A DNA stretch of 64,000 nt from an uncultured Acidobacteriota bacterium (GTDB taxonomy: Bacteria > Acidobacteriota > Terriglobia > UBA7540): NCBI GenBank assembly GCA_963804995.1, contig CAWDSK010000001.1, positions 128,001-192,000 on the forward strand, given 5' to 3'. The notes below the pieces were generated by a model that saw only the letters and a list, made by a program, of their open reading frames with translations, was not told the DNA's origin and made no database searches. Shown here one piece after another: positions 1-9,448 of the stretch; the stretch's first letter is position 1, and every line of letters starts with the position of its first letter. Position numbers and translations under genes: made by a program.

Positions 1-1740
1 CCAATCCACCTTGTAGGGAACCCGCCAGGTTCCCGAGAGACTCACCGCCATGGGCAAGATACCACGATTGGTGCTTTGGCTCTGTAGGAAATTTACCCGC
101 CAGGATTTGCAGGAACTGGTCGAGCAACTGCAAGAGATTCTCGCCGGGCGCCAGCCCGAGCCTCAACCCCGCGACGACTTTCGCCAGCAGCATCCACACT
201 ATCGCGACTTCTACGTTGACCCTCTGGCTCCCTTGACCCAGCCGCCTCCGGCACCTCGCACCTGGAACTGGCGGCAGTTGCTGGCTCAGTACCAGCGCCA
301 GCACCGCCGACCGTTGGCTCCGATTCAGCGTTCTGGCGCCCACCCCCTGCCTCCCACTTGTCGTTGTGCCCACTGCGGCGCACCGCGCGACTTCCTCTAC
401 CTCAACGATGGCCGTCACGCCCGCCAACTGCGCTGCAAAGTCTGTGGCCGGCTGTCGCAAATCGCTCGTCGTCATCGCCCGACGAAAACTCCTTACTGGT
501 GCCCCTACTGCGGCAGCTCCCTCTTCCGCTGGAAGCAGCGTGCCGATTGCACCATCTACAAATGTCCTGGCGAGCGTTGTCCTCACTATCTCCAGAAGCA
601 GCAAGCCCTGCACTGGAACGAGAAGTTGCTCCAGAAGCTGCGCCGCACGCAGTTCAAGCTGCGTTACCAGTATCGCGAATACCACTTTCAACCCGCCCAA
701 CTGGCCCCCACCGCTCCCGATCCGCCCACCGTCGACCTCACCCGTCTGCATCGTTCTTCCGATGTCTTGGGCCTGGTGTTGGCCTTCCACATCTCTTTCG
801 CCCTCTCCGCCCGCAAGACCGCCCAGGTCCTGCGGCAAGTCTTCGGCGTGCCTCTCAGCTACCAGTCCGTTCTCAACTATGCCCAGGCCGCCGCTTACTA
901 CTGCCACGCCTTCAACCTCCGCTACAAAGCCCCGCTCAGCGCCACCGCCACCGGCGACGAGACTTATATTCGCGTCGCGGGGAAGCACCCATACACGTTC
1001 TTCTTTCTCGATCCCCAAGGGCATCGCATCACGTCCTATCACGTGGCGCCGGAGCGCGATGCCTTGGCCGCCACCGTGGCCCTGGGCGAGGCCGCGCGCA
1101 CCTTGCCCGAAGATCAGGCCCTGCGTTTCATCACCGACGGCAACCCCGCTTATCAGGCCGGCGTACACTTCCTCAACGCTCACCGCACCGCTTCCCAACC
1201 TCCCCATACCTTGCGGCAGGTCATCGGCCTGGAAAACCTCGACGCGGTCTCCAAGGAATTCCGCCCCTTCAAGCAACTCATCGAACGTCTCAATCGCACC
1301 TACAAATACCACGTCCGCCCGGCTTGCGGCTTTGCCACGCGCAACGGCGCCGTGGCCCTCACCACCCTGTTCGTCACCCACTACAACTTCCTTCGCCCCC
1401 ATCTGGCCCTGGGCTACCGCGTACCCATCCCCTTGCCGGAGTTGAGTTCCCTCACCACCTTGCAAGGCCAGTGGAACAAGATCCTCGCTCTCGCCCTGGC
1501 GGCCTGAGCCCGGTGGGAGTAAACTTCGCGGTGGCCGGGGCGGAGGATAGGGCTCCGCAGGGATGCGACCTGAGCGCCGACCCCGGGGCCGAGATCGGTC
1601 GGGAGCGAGCCCCACTCGCTCCCCCAGTCCAGACCCATCTTGGCACCAAAGCGATAAATCCTGGGGGTCTGGGGGCAAATCCCCCAGCTCTACCCACCTC
1701 CCGACCCTTCATTACCTTTCATAAAACTTTTGACAGAACC
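1..1740 (+). mobile_element. IS6-family-like insertion sequence, left end outside the window
   Basis: Ends in aaacttttgacagaacc (1724-1740), whose reverse complement GGTTCTGTCAAAAGTTT resembles IS6-family IRs; the next base enters a truncated integrase gene. Confidence 0.75.
50..1507 (+). CDS. IS6-like DDE transposase with N-terminal zinc-ribbon repeats
   Basis: 485 aa; several CxxC pairs (CAHC, CKVC, CPYC, CPGERC); DDE motifs GDETYIRV, ITDGNPAY, IERLNRTYK, and HYNFLRPH. Confidence 0.85.
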   Translation: MGKIPRLVLWLCRKFTRQDLQELVEQLQEILAGRQPEPQPRDDFRQQHPHYRDFYVDPLAPLTQPPPAPRTWNWRQLLAQYQRQHRRPLAPIQRSGAHPLPPTCRCAHCGAPRDFLYLNDGRHARQLRCKVCGRLSQIARRHRPTKTPYWCPYCGSSLFRWKQRADCTIYKCPGERCPHYLQKQQALHWNEKLLQKLRRTQFKLRYQYREYHFQPAQLAPTAPDPPTVDLTRLHRSSDVLGLVLAFHISFALSARKTAQVLRQVFGVPLSYQSVLNYAQAAAYYCHAFNLRYKAPLSATATGDETYIRVAGKHPYTFFFLDPQGHRITSYHVAPERDALAATVALGEAARTLPEDQALRFITDGNPAYQAGVHFLNAHRTASQPPHTLRQVIGLENLDAVSKEFRPFKQLIERLNRTYKYHVRPACGFATRNGAVALTTLFVTHYNFLRPHLALGYRVPIPLPELSSLTTLQGQWNKILALALAA

Positions 1741-2156
1741 GACAAAGACGTGGTTCGAAGGATTCTCGCCCGTCACTATCGACCGGGACAGGACTCTGGT
1801 GGTCCATCTCCGACAACGATCCGCTTTATCGTTTTCATCAATGGCAAGCCAACCTGCGAATCCTGGATGTGGCCGAAATCAAGACCGTGCCCTACGTTCC
1901 TTTGTCCCATCCCTTTGTGGAGCGGTTGGTCGGCACCCTCCGCCGAGAGTGTTTGGATCGTACGCTGTTCTGGACAACCGCCGATCTCAAGAGCAAGCTG
2001 CTCGATTTCAAAAGCTATTTTAACCACCATCGCACGCATAGCGCACGGGCGGGGCGACCGCCAGAGGACGCACCGCCTCGGCCGGTCGCCAACCTCCAAT
2101 CTTATCGATGGGAATCTCACTGCCGGGGACTGTATCAAACCCCGATAGCTGCCTGA
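1741..2156 (+). pseudogene. rve/integrase-core transposase remnant, 5' cut by the IS6-like element and internally deleted
   Basis: DKDVVRRILARHYRPGQDSGGPS joined out of frame to DNDPLYRFHQWQANLRIL...SHPFVERLVGTLRRECLD...HCRGLYQTPIAA. Confidence 0.8.
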
Positions 2157-2556
2157 TTCCCAAGAAACCTAAAACACCGGCCTCGTGGCATTGATGGCGT
2201 CACGTTCGACGCATTGCGATGCCGAAGTGTAGAAGCAACTGTCTAGGGTCTCGGTGAAGATGGATGAAACGGCGGTCAGATCCGCGTGCCCGCGGCATAA
2301 CAAGATTGCGAAATGCAGAAAACCTCAGGAAACTAGAAATTCGCCAGGTCCAAGTGACCACCAGAGCAAGATGAGGAGTTGCACCGCACTGGGGTTGTTT
2401 TCGAGTAGGTTTGAGGCGAGTAACATGCATCGTTCGAACGACACGGATATGAATCTGAAAGGAGTTGATGAGTGGCGGAAAGTCGCCTACCAAATTCGTC
2501 TTTCTGACTCGAAGCAGCTATAGATTGGCAACTGCCCTTGTGGGATTCGGAACGCT

Positions 2557-3213
2557 CTAGAACTGCACAATCTTATTGCGCAGGGCGTAGCGAATCACGC
2601 CGGTCAAGGAATGGGTGCCGAGCTTGTGCATGATGTTGCTTCGGTGGGTTTCTACCGTGTGAACACTGAGCCCCAAGGTTGCCGCGATCTCCTTGTTACT
2701 CTTCTCCTCGGCCAGAAGCTGGACAACTTCTCGCTCGCGAGGGGTCAATAGGTCACGAGTGAGGTTCGTTCTGCCGGTTGTCTTGCCCCCTTTCAGGAAG
2801 CTCTCCACTACAACCGTTGCTACCTCGGATGAGAAAAAACCTTTGTGCCGGCCAAGCGCCGCCACGCCCTCCGCCAAGTTTCGTCCTGCGTCGGACTTCA
2901 GGATGTAGGCACGAGCGCCTGATTCGACCACCCTGCGTATTAACTGTTCGGACTCATGAAGCGTGAGGATAAGCACCTCGGTTCTAGGGAGGGCTTTCAG
3001 GATTTGTCGCGTCGCTTCCAAGCCGTTCAATTCCGGCATGCTGATATCCATCACCACCACGTCAGGCTTCGTCTGTTTAGCCCGTTCAACCGCCTCCCGG
3101 CCATTGGCCGCCTCCGCGCAGATTTCCCATTCGGGACAGACTTCCAAAAGGGCTCGCATTCCCTTCCGCACGACCTCGTGATCATCTGCCACCAGAATAC
3201 GAAGCGTTTTCAC
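2557..3213 (-). CDS. NarL/FixJ-family response regulator (REC + LuxR HTH)
   Basis: ILVADDH, VVMDISMP, LTPREREVVQLLAE...SNKEIA...TVETHRSNIMHKL. Confidence 0.95.
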   Translation of the reverse strand: MKTLRILVADDHEVVRKGMRALLEVCPEWEICAEAANGREAVERAKQTKPDVVVMDISMPELNGLEATRQILKALPRTEVLILTLHESEQLIRRVVESGARAYILKSDAGRNLAEGVAALGRHKGFFSSEVATVVVESFLKGGKTTGRTNLTRDLLTPREREVVQLLAEEKSNKEIAATLGLSVHTVETHRSNIMHKLGTHSLTGVIRYALRNKIVQF

Positions 3214-5066
3214 GGAACAACCTCGGGATTCGGGATCACCACTCGGACGGTTGTGCCTCGGCCGCTTGAATCGATTTCCAGCCGACCCCCGAGTTGTCGG
3301 GCGCGCTCGCTCATGCCCATAATGCCCACTCCAAGCTTTCCGCTTTTCTGATTGCCCGAGTGGAGGGCCTTTGCGGGCATCCCCCGGCCTTTGTCCGCTA
3401 TTTCTAACTTCACCTCCGTCGCGCGCCGGGAAAGCCGTATCCTGGCTGTAGGACTTTTGGAGTGGCGGTGGACGTTTGTAAGGCCTTCCTGCACTACGCG
3501 AAAAAGGGTTGTCTCTGCCTCCTGGGGCAGTCGGCCAAATTGGGGAGACACTTTGAGGTCGACCTTGATTCCGCTTCGCTCGGCAAACCCCTTAACGTAC
3601 CAAGCCAAGGCTGAAGCCAAGCCATCTTCATCAAGCAGTGGCGGGTGTAACAAATAGGAGAGGGTGCGCATCTCCTTTAGGGACCGCTCTGCCACCTCAA
3701 GACTTCCAGACAGAGCTTGGCGTACTTTCGGATCAAGCTTACGAGCCGACTTGCGCGCCAAGGTGAGGTTCGCCACCAAACCGACGAGGTTCTGGCCTAT
3801 GGCGTCGTGGAGTTCCCGGGCAATGCGCCGCCGCTCCTCATCCTGCAACTGCAGCAAACGTGTAGAAAGCCCGCGGAGGGCCTTTTCAGCTTGCTTGCGT
3901 TCGGTGAGGTCCCGCATGACGGCCAACACACAAGGTGATCCCGTCCCATCACCAATAGGGACCGCATAAGTCTCCGCCCACCTTCGCGCCCCTTTGAGCC
4001 CGACAATCTCGAATTCCAAATTGGCATTATTGCCGCTGCAAACTCCCTGCAAGAGAGCTTTGAACGCCGCCCTGTGCTCGGGCACAATCAAGGGAAGCAC
4101 TGACTTTCCACTAACTTCGGCAAAGCTCTCAGCCTCGATCAGGGCCAGGCCCGCCGGGTTTATTTGAAGAAAGTCGCCGTTGCACGCGACCTTCGCGACA
4201 CATTCCGGCTCGGTTTCAACGATGGCACGCAGGTGACTTTCACTTTGCCGGAGCGCCTCCTCCGCCTCCTTACGCCGGGTAATATCGATGATGGTCCCTA
4301 AGATGAACGGTTGGCTGCCCGCCTCCCCTTCAATCAGATTCTCGTTAGCTAGAACCCAAACCGGGCTCCCATCTTTTCGCTTAAGGCGCAATTCTAGATT
4401 CGAGAGGGTCTTTTCCGCTCTTATGCGGGTGGTGATTGCCTCCGGCTCGCGGGGATCAAAGTAGAATTCCTGCACTGGATGAGCTAAGACCTCTTCACGA
4501 GAGGCAAACCCGAAGACCTTGACGAAAGCTTCATTACAGTCCGTGATGCGGCGGTCTAGGGCAGTGCGGTATACGCCCGCAAGGTTTCTTTCAAAAAGCA
4601 GGCGATACTGCTGCTCGCTTCTCTCGAGAGTTGCCTTCGCGTGCATCCGCTCAACTGCAAAGAGGACGGCGCGGCAAATCCACTCGCCACTCACCTTTCC
4701 TATGACCAGGTAATCCTGCGCCCCTTCCCGGACTGCTTGGAGGCCAAGCTTTTCATCGGTAAGATCCGTTAGCACTACGATGGGAGTGCCGGGGAATTGA
4801 TTGTGTAACTCCACAAAAGTGCTAATGCCCTGGCTGTCTGGAAGCCCGAGATCCAATAACACCGCGTCGATTCCCCCCTTCGCCAGCCGCTCGATCGCCG
4901 TCAGTAAGCTTGGGGCATCCTCCAGGTCAGCCAAGGCGGGCTTCGCTTCCTTCAGCATTTCCCGGATTAGGCTGATATTTTCCGGATTATCCTCCACCAG
5001 CAAGACCTTAATCGGCTCGGATGTCATGGCGTTTTTCCTCACGGGAGTTTCACGATCGTCAACCAA
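3210..5066 (-). CDS. REC-PAS-PAS-HisKA_3 sensor histidine kinase
   Basis: N-terminal receiver (VLLVEDN, LLDLGLPD), two PAS/PAC domains, ERRRIARELHD H-box, QEGLTNVHRH N-box; true start may be 5027. Confidence 0.93.
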   Translation of the reverse strand: MVDDRETPVRKNAMTSEPIKVLLVEDNPENISLIREMLKEAKPALADLEDAPSLLTAIERLAKGGIDAVLLDLGLPDSQGISTFVELHNQFPGTPIVVLTDLTDEKLGLQAVREGAQDYLVIGKVSGEWICRAVLFAVERMHAKATLERSEQQYRLLFERNLAGVYRTALDRRITDCNEAFVKVFGFASREEVLAHPVQEFYFDPREPEAITTRIRAEKTLSNLELRLKRKDGSPVWVLANENLIEGEAGSQPFILGTIIDITRRKEAEEALRQSESHLRAIVETEPECVAKVACNGDFLQINPAGLALIEAESFAEVSGKSVLPLIVPEHRAAFKALLQGVCSGNNANLEFEIVGLKGARRWAETYAVPIGDGTGSPCVLAVMRDLTERKQAEKALRGLSTRLLQLQDEERRRIARELHDAIGQNLVGLVANLTLARKSARKLDPKVRQALSGSLEVAERSLKEMRTLSYLLHPPLLDEDGLASALAWYVKGFAERSGIKVDLKVSPQFGRLPQEAETTLFRVVQEGLTNVHRHSKSPTARIRLSRRATEVKLEIADKGRGMPAKALHSGNQKSGKLGVGIMGMSERARQLGGRLEIDSSGRGTTVRVVIPNPEVVP

Positions 5067-5253
5067 AAATCTTCAACCGACTTCACAACCTGGACAAGAT
5101 GATGATTAACCCTCGCCACTCGTCCAAGAGAGGACACTCAGACTCTGTTAGATGCCGAGTGTGAAGGATTCTCAAACGCCGGGCAGCGGAGTTGATGTTG
5201 ACGCACTTCTTAACGATAATCAAGCTTCATACGTACCAATCCACTGCCATATA

Positions 5254-5281
5254 TGTCTCTACTGTAGATTATGTAGAGACA
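5254..5281. promoter_or_regulatory. Inverted repeat, candidate operator between the kinase and the divergent Crp gene
   Basis: tgtctctac-N10-gtagagaca, perfect 9 bp arms. Confidence 0.35.
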
Positions 5282-5563
5282 CCTAGAGGTTCGGGCGCTC
5301 AACGTACTGTCGAATACTCAATGTGCAGAATTGTGCCTGTCCCTGCTATCAAGATAAGCTGCTAGGCGGCGCCAGGAGGGTGCTAAGTCGGGGAAGGTCG
5401 TTACCGAGAACGAAGCATTCGGGGGATGACGAGTGAGCAGCCCAATCGCACCCTGAAACTCCCTTGGAGTTAATCCGACCCGCGAGGTGATCCAGCGTGG
5501 TCGCCAAAATCCCATTCCTTCTGACACCACGGGCGCGCCCTTAGCAGGCAGAGGAGGGTTGTT

Positions 5564-6403
5564 ATGGCTAAGAGAAGCCAGCCTGCCGATTGGGCCCTCG
5601 CGGGAATCACCGGCGAGAATGCGGTTCTGGAATACGCCGCGAACCGCGATATCTTCAGCAAGCAGACGGAGGGTGTTATGACGCCACAGAAGAGCCCGCC
5701 TGAGGTTGACATGGCCAATGGCAAAGGCAAGCCTCCACTTGCTACAGCAAGCGAGAAAATTCAGACCGTCGATTGGGCAGCATTTCTCGCAGGAATCTCG
5801 CGCGGAAAAACCGTTCTAGAATACGGCGCGGGCCGCACGATCTTCGTGCAGGGAGACCCTGCGGATTCCGTGTTCTATCTCCACCATGGCGAGGTGAAAC
5901 TCGCGGTGACATCCCAACAAGGCAAGGAAGCGATCGTCACCGTTCTGGGCGACAACGAGTTCTTCGGCGAGGGATGCCTGGCAGGCCAGCTGCTGCGTAT
6001 CTCAACGGCTATCGCGGTGAGCGATTGCACTCTTTACAGAATCGAGAAGGCGTTGATGGTGCGTTTGCTCCACGAGCAGCACGGAATCTCGGAATTGTTC
6101 ATCACGCACCTCCTTTCACGCAACATTCGATTTGAAGGGGATCTGGTCGACCAGCTTTTCAACTCCAGCGAAAAGCGCCTGGCCCGGATTCTCTTATTGC
6201 TGGCGCATTTTGGCAAGGAAAGCAGAACCGAAACGGTCCATCCCGGAATCAATCAGGAACACCTGGCCCAAATGGTCGGCACCACCCGGTCACGGGTCAG
6301 TTATTTCATGAACAAGTTCCGCACACTGGGCTTTGTCAATTACGCGGGCAGCGGCGAGTTGACGGTTAACAGTGGCCTCTTGAGCGTGGTCCTGAGTGAC
6401 TAG
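5564..6403 (+). CDS. Crp/Fnr-family transcriptional regulator (copy 1; start may be 5678 or 5711)
   Basis: cNMP-binding fold (IFVQGDPADSVFYL, FFGEGCL) and HTH (INQEHLAQMVGTTRSRVSYFMNKFR). Confidence 0.93.
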   Translation: MAKRSQPADWALAGITGENAVLEYAANRDIFSKQTEGVMTPQKSPPEVDMANGKGKPPLATASEKIQTVDWAAFLAGISRGKTVLEYGAGRTIFVQGDPADSVFYLHHGEVKLAVTSQQGKEAIVTVLGDNEFFGEGCLAGQLLRISTAIAVSDCTLYRIEKALMVRLLHEQHGISELFITHLLSRNIRFEGDLVDQLFNSSEKRLARILLLLAHFGKESRTETVHPGINQEHLAQMVGTTRSRVSYFMNKFRTLGFVNYAGSGELTVNSGLLSVVLSD

Positions 6404-6661
6404 CCCCGTATAGCCGAAATAGGTATAACCGGGAGGCTTGGCCTGCCATGCTGAGCGGGGTAGCGCTGAGGAAAGCATTCGGTTTGATGGGGTGCTCTCC
6501 AAGGGATAGCCCTCGCTCAGGCTCAGGAAAAAAGCCACCGCATTGTGCCACTTTCCTACGTAACGAAGCACCCGTATCCATGTCAAACCCTCGGTAATTC
6601 CCACCGGCCGCCCAAAACGCAGTTCCCCCTCACTAACTGGCATGAGTAATTCTGACCAGAC

Positions 6662-6683
6662 GTCTGTGCAATATTGAACTGAC
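6662..6683. promoter_or_regulatory. Crp-like palindromic operator upstream of Crp copy 2
   Basis: gtctgtgcaatattgaactgac, 18/22 self-complementary, TGTGC-N6-GAACT resembles the Crp box geometry. Confidence 0.4.
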
Positions 6684-6759
6684 CCCGCGAGTTGCCCGCG
6701 AGTAGTGTGTTGTGATGGCTGGGTAGGCGCAGAAAGATGGCTGTCAAGGATGAACCCTA

Positions 6760-7584
6760 ATGCGCAAATCGAAAGAGCCTAAAACACACTTCGAGCAGAT
6801 TCCGGTGGAGATAGTCAAAAAGATTGCGGAAGAAGACATTCCGGACGACGAAGAGAACGGACCCAACGTGACCGTCAAACCTCAGGTTGTCAGGGCCAAC
6901 GGCAAAGGCAAGCCCAGGCTTGCTGCAGCAAACGAGAAGACTCAGCCCGTCGATTGGACAGCATTCCTTGCCAGAATCTCGCGCGGGAAAACCGTTCTAA
7001 AATACGGCGCGAACCGCACGATCTTCGCGCAGGGAGACCCTGCGGATTCCGTGTTCTATCTCCACCAAGGCAAGGTGAAACTCTCGGTGACATCCCAACA
7101 AGGCAAGGAAGCGATCGTCACTATTCTGGGCCCCGACGAGTTCTTCGGTGAGGGATGCCTTGCCGGCCAGCTTTTGCGCATCTCAACGGCTATGGCGGTG
7201 ACGGATTGCAGTCTTTACAGGATCGAGAAGTCACTGATGGTGCGTATGCTCCACGAGCAGCACGGAATCTCGGAATTGTTCATCACGCACCTGCTTACCC
7301 GCAACATTCGATTTGAAGAGGATCTGGTCGACCAGCTTTTCAGCTCCAGCGAAAAGCGCCTGGCCCGGATTCTCTTATTGCTTGCGCATTTTGGCAAGGA
7401 AAGCAGAACCGAAACTCTCCATCCCGGAATCAATCAGGAACACCTGGCCCAAATGGTCGGTACCACCCGGTCACGGGTCAGTCATTACATGAACAAGTTC
7501 CGGACGCTGGGCTTTCTCGATTACACGGGCAACGGCGCGTTGACGGTTAACAATGGCCTCTTGAGCGTACTCCTGAGCGACTAA
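6760..7584 (+). CDS. Crp/Fnr-family transcriptional regulator (copy 2, paralog with a different N-terminus)
   Basis: Closely similar to 5564..6403 from ANGKGKP onward. Confidence 0.93.
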   Translation: MRKSKEPKTHFEQIPVEIVKKIAEEDIPDDEENGPNVTVKPQVVRANGKGKPRLAAANEKTQPVDWTAFLARISRGKTVLKYGANRTIFAQGDPADSVFYLHQGKVKLSVTSQQGKEAIVTILGPDEFFGEGCLAGQLLRISTAMAVTDCSLYRIEKSLMVRMLHEQHGISELFITHLLTRNIRFEEDLVDQLFSSSEKRLARILLLLAHFGKESRTETLHPGINQEHLAQMVGTTRSRVSHYMNKFRTLGFLDYTGNGALTVNNGLLSVLLSD

Positions 7585-7675
7585 CATACGATAACCGGCA
7601 TAGGTATTACCGGCCCGCTTAGCCTCCCATCCTGAGGGGGGCATGGCGGAGCGAAGTATCTCGCTTGGAGGGCTG

Positions 7676-7707
7676 GTCGCGGTAGGGATACCGGTTGCCC
7701 GGTACCC
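7676..7707 (-). mobile_element. Group II intron 3'-end (domain VI) remnant cut by the IS
   Basis: gtcgcggtagggataccggttgcccggtaccc matches 48651-48682 (3' end of the full intron) at 30/32. Confidence 0.8.
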
Positions 7708-7913
7708 TGTCCTTCGCCAATACACGATAATGCTGCATTCGCTGCAAAAGTGGCCGCCCAAAGACCGCAGTCTCCGCTTGTCGCTCTGTGCCTTGGTCTC
7801 TGGTCCGAGAGGTCATCGGGCTGGTCGCGCCTTTGCGCCGACAAGCACCCGCCTGGCGCGAGACAGGTTGCAGTTTTCGAGGTAAGGGAACGGCAGGCCG
7901 ATGCTGCCCTCGG

Positions 7914-8165
7914 TCAGGCAGCGCGCCGTTCGTAGCGATGGTGCAGGCCACCGACCTGCGGGATCTCCACCATCTCTCCGGCCTCCGGTCCCTGCACGAC
8001 CCGAGGGGTCGGAGCGTCCTTGGCTAAGGAGAGGTGAGTTCTTGAACCCAGATAGTAATCGAAATAACTTTTCAGGATTCGTCGCAGATGCTTCTCTCCC
8101 AGCACGATCACGTGATCCACGTACTCACGTCGGATGGAGCCCACCAGCCTTTCCGCAAACGGATT
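7914..8165 (-). pseudogene. 3' part of the interrupted rve transposase
   Basis: NPFAERLVGSIRREYVDHVIV...GGLHHRYERRAA; continues in frame from 11544. Confidence 0.9.
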
Positions 8166-8458
8166 GGATCAGGTCGTCAACTACACACCATAGAGACTAT
8201 TCAAAACGACGTTTCCGAGTAACTCACCCTTACCATCCACTGTTCCAACGTGAATTCGAATGGGTGGACTACCGCCAGAACTGGGGGGAGGACCGAGTGT
8301 ATTTCTACGACGAAGGAGGCCAGTTGACCTCGCTACCGGCGCGGTGGACGAGTGTCGTGGGGGAGGACCCATTCGTGGTCATAGGGGGAGGCCGCTCGTA
8401 TTTTCGCGTTGAGGACCTGATTGAATTGGTGCGTTTGGTGGAGGGTTTACGGTCCTGA
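8166..8458 (+). CDS. DUF5372 (Y4bD/Y4pK-like) small protein; its first 16 nt lie at 11528-11543
   Basis: FRVTHPYHPL...WGEDRVYF...SLPARWT...DPFV...GRSYFRVEDL motif pattern recalled for this family; no start codon inside the element ahead of the motif. Confidence 0.75.
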
Positions 8459-8472
8459 AGCCCCGGAAGGTC

Positions 8473-8514
8473 TGTAAAGGGAATTACGCCGTTTGTGTTA
8501 AAGGGATTATGTCG
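8473..8514 (+). repeat. Imperfect direct repeats, candidate HTH-protein binding sites
   Basis: tgtaaagggaattacgccg (8473) and tgttaaagggattatgtcg (8496). Confidence 0.45.
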
Positions 8515-8608
8515 GAGCTTGAGCCGAAGTCCAGAGTTTTCGGTGGGTGTGTGAGTGCAATATCCGCTTATTGTGCAACACAAATTCGGGTCGGAGGATA
8601 GAAAAGGC

Positions 8609-8637
8609 TTGACAGGGAGCAAGAGAATGTATATAAT
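8609..8637 (+). promoter_or_regulatory. Consensus sigma70 promoter of the recombinase operon
   Basis: TTGACA-17 nt-TATAAT; GGAG RBS before ATG 8679. Confidence 0.85.
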
Positions 8638-8678
8638 TAACATTACACTCGTTTGCCGGATTTGCTCCGGAGGAGCCC

Positions 8679-9146
8679 ATGTCCCCTTCCTCACGCCACG
8701 ATGCCAAGCGCCATATCCTGCGCTCCCAAGGTACCTTGAATCCCCGCCCGCAGGAGGTGGCCCACGCCCTGTTCCAGGACAGCGACTTCTTCAATCCCCG
8801 GGACTTGCTGCAGGTCAAGTACGAGATGCTGCGCCAAGTGAGGGTCGAAAACCAAGCGGTGAGCCAAGCGGCGGAGGCTTTTGGTTTCTCCAGACCCTCC
8901 TTCTACCTCGCCCAGGCGGGCTTCGTAGCCAGGGGACTCGCAGGATTGATTCCCCAGAAACGGGGACCTCGGCACGCCCACAAGCTCACGGCCGAGGTAA
9001 TGGAGTTCGTCCGGCAGGCCCGAGCTGCCGAACCCTCCTTGCGGAGCGAGGAACTGGCGGCCCGGGTGAAGAAAGCCTTCCGTCTACGGGTCCATCCTCG
9101 CAGCTTGGAGCGCCGGCTTCGGCAGCAGCAAAAAAAACGACGTTGA
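8679..9146 (+). CDS. Helix-turn-helix protein of the serine-recombinase element
   Basis: FFNPRDLLQVKYEMLR...AAEAFGFSRPSFY...GLAGLIPQKRGP...VHPRSLERRL; transposase-like HTH. Confidence 0.85.
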   Translation: MSPSSRHDAKRHILRSQGTLNPRPQEVAHALFQDSDFFNPRDLLQVKYEMLRQVRVENQAVSQAAEAFGFSRPSFYLAQAGFVARGLAGLIPQKRGPRHAHKLTAEVMEFVRQARAAEPSLRSEELAARVKKAFRLRVHPRSLERRLRQQQKKRR

Positions 9147-9448
9147 GCGACCCTCCCGTTGCTCCCCTGATGGCCCAGGAGGGGATCGTAAACCAATATG
9201 AGGAACTCCGGCGACAAGTGCGGGGTGAGTTAGGCGGCAGGCGCGGAGCCTTGGGCCTGGCGCTGTTTATTCGCCAGGGGATGAAAGGCTGGATGGAAGC
9301 CTGGTCCCACTGCCTGCCGGGTGGGATTCCGATGAAACCCCAGAATCCGTCCGGCCCTGAGGAGAGGGTTCCTCTCGATCTGCACACGGAAGTGGTTACG
9401 ATTCTGGCGAGCATGGTACTTCACAGTCGGCCGGAGGTGAGAGGATGA
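9143..9448 (+). CDS. Small hypothetical protein (ORF3; start TTG 9143 or ATG 9170, or a -1 fusion with the HTH gene)
   Basis: Fills the gap between the HTH gene and the recombinase with 4 nt overlaps at both ends; YEELR...GLALFIRQGMKGWMEAW. Confidence 0.7.
   Translation: MSDPPVAPLMAQEGIVNQYEELRRQVRGELGGRRGALGLALFIRQGMKGWMEAWSHCLPGGIPMKPQNPSGPEERVPLDLHTEVVTILASMVLHSRPEVRG

Noticed and set aside
358..2148. 596 aa and 359 aa ORFs overlapping the IS6-like transposase
   Set aside because: Alternative frames, Pro/Arg/Ser-rich, and the longer one runs across the IS boundary.
8555..9142. N-terminal two-thirds of the 297 aa ORF 8555..9448
   Set aside because: It starts upstream of the promoter and overlaps the HTH gene out of frame; only the part from about 9143 looks coding.
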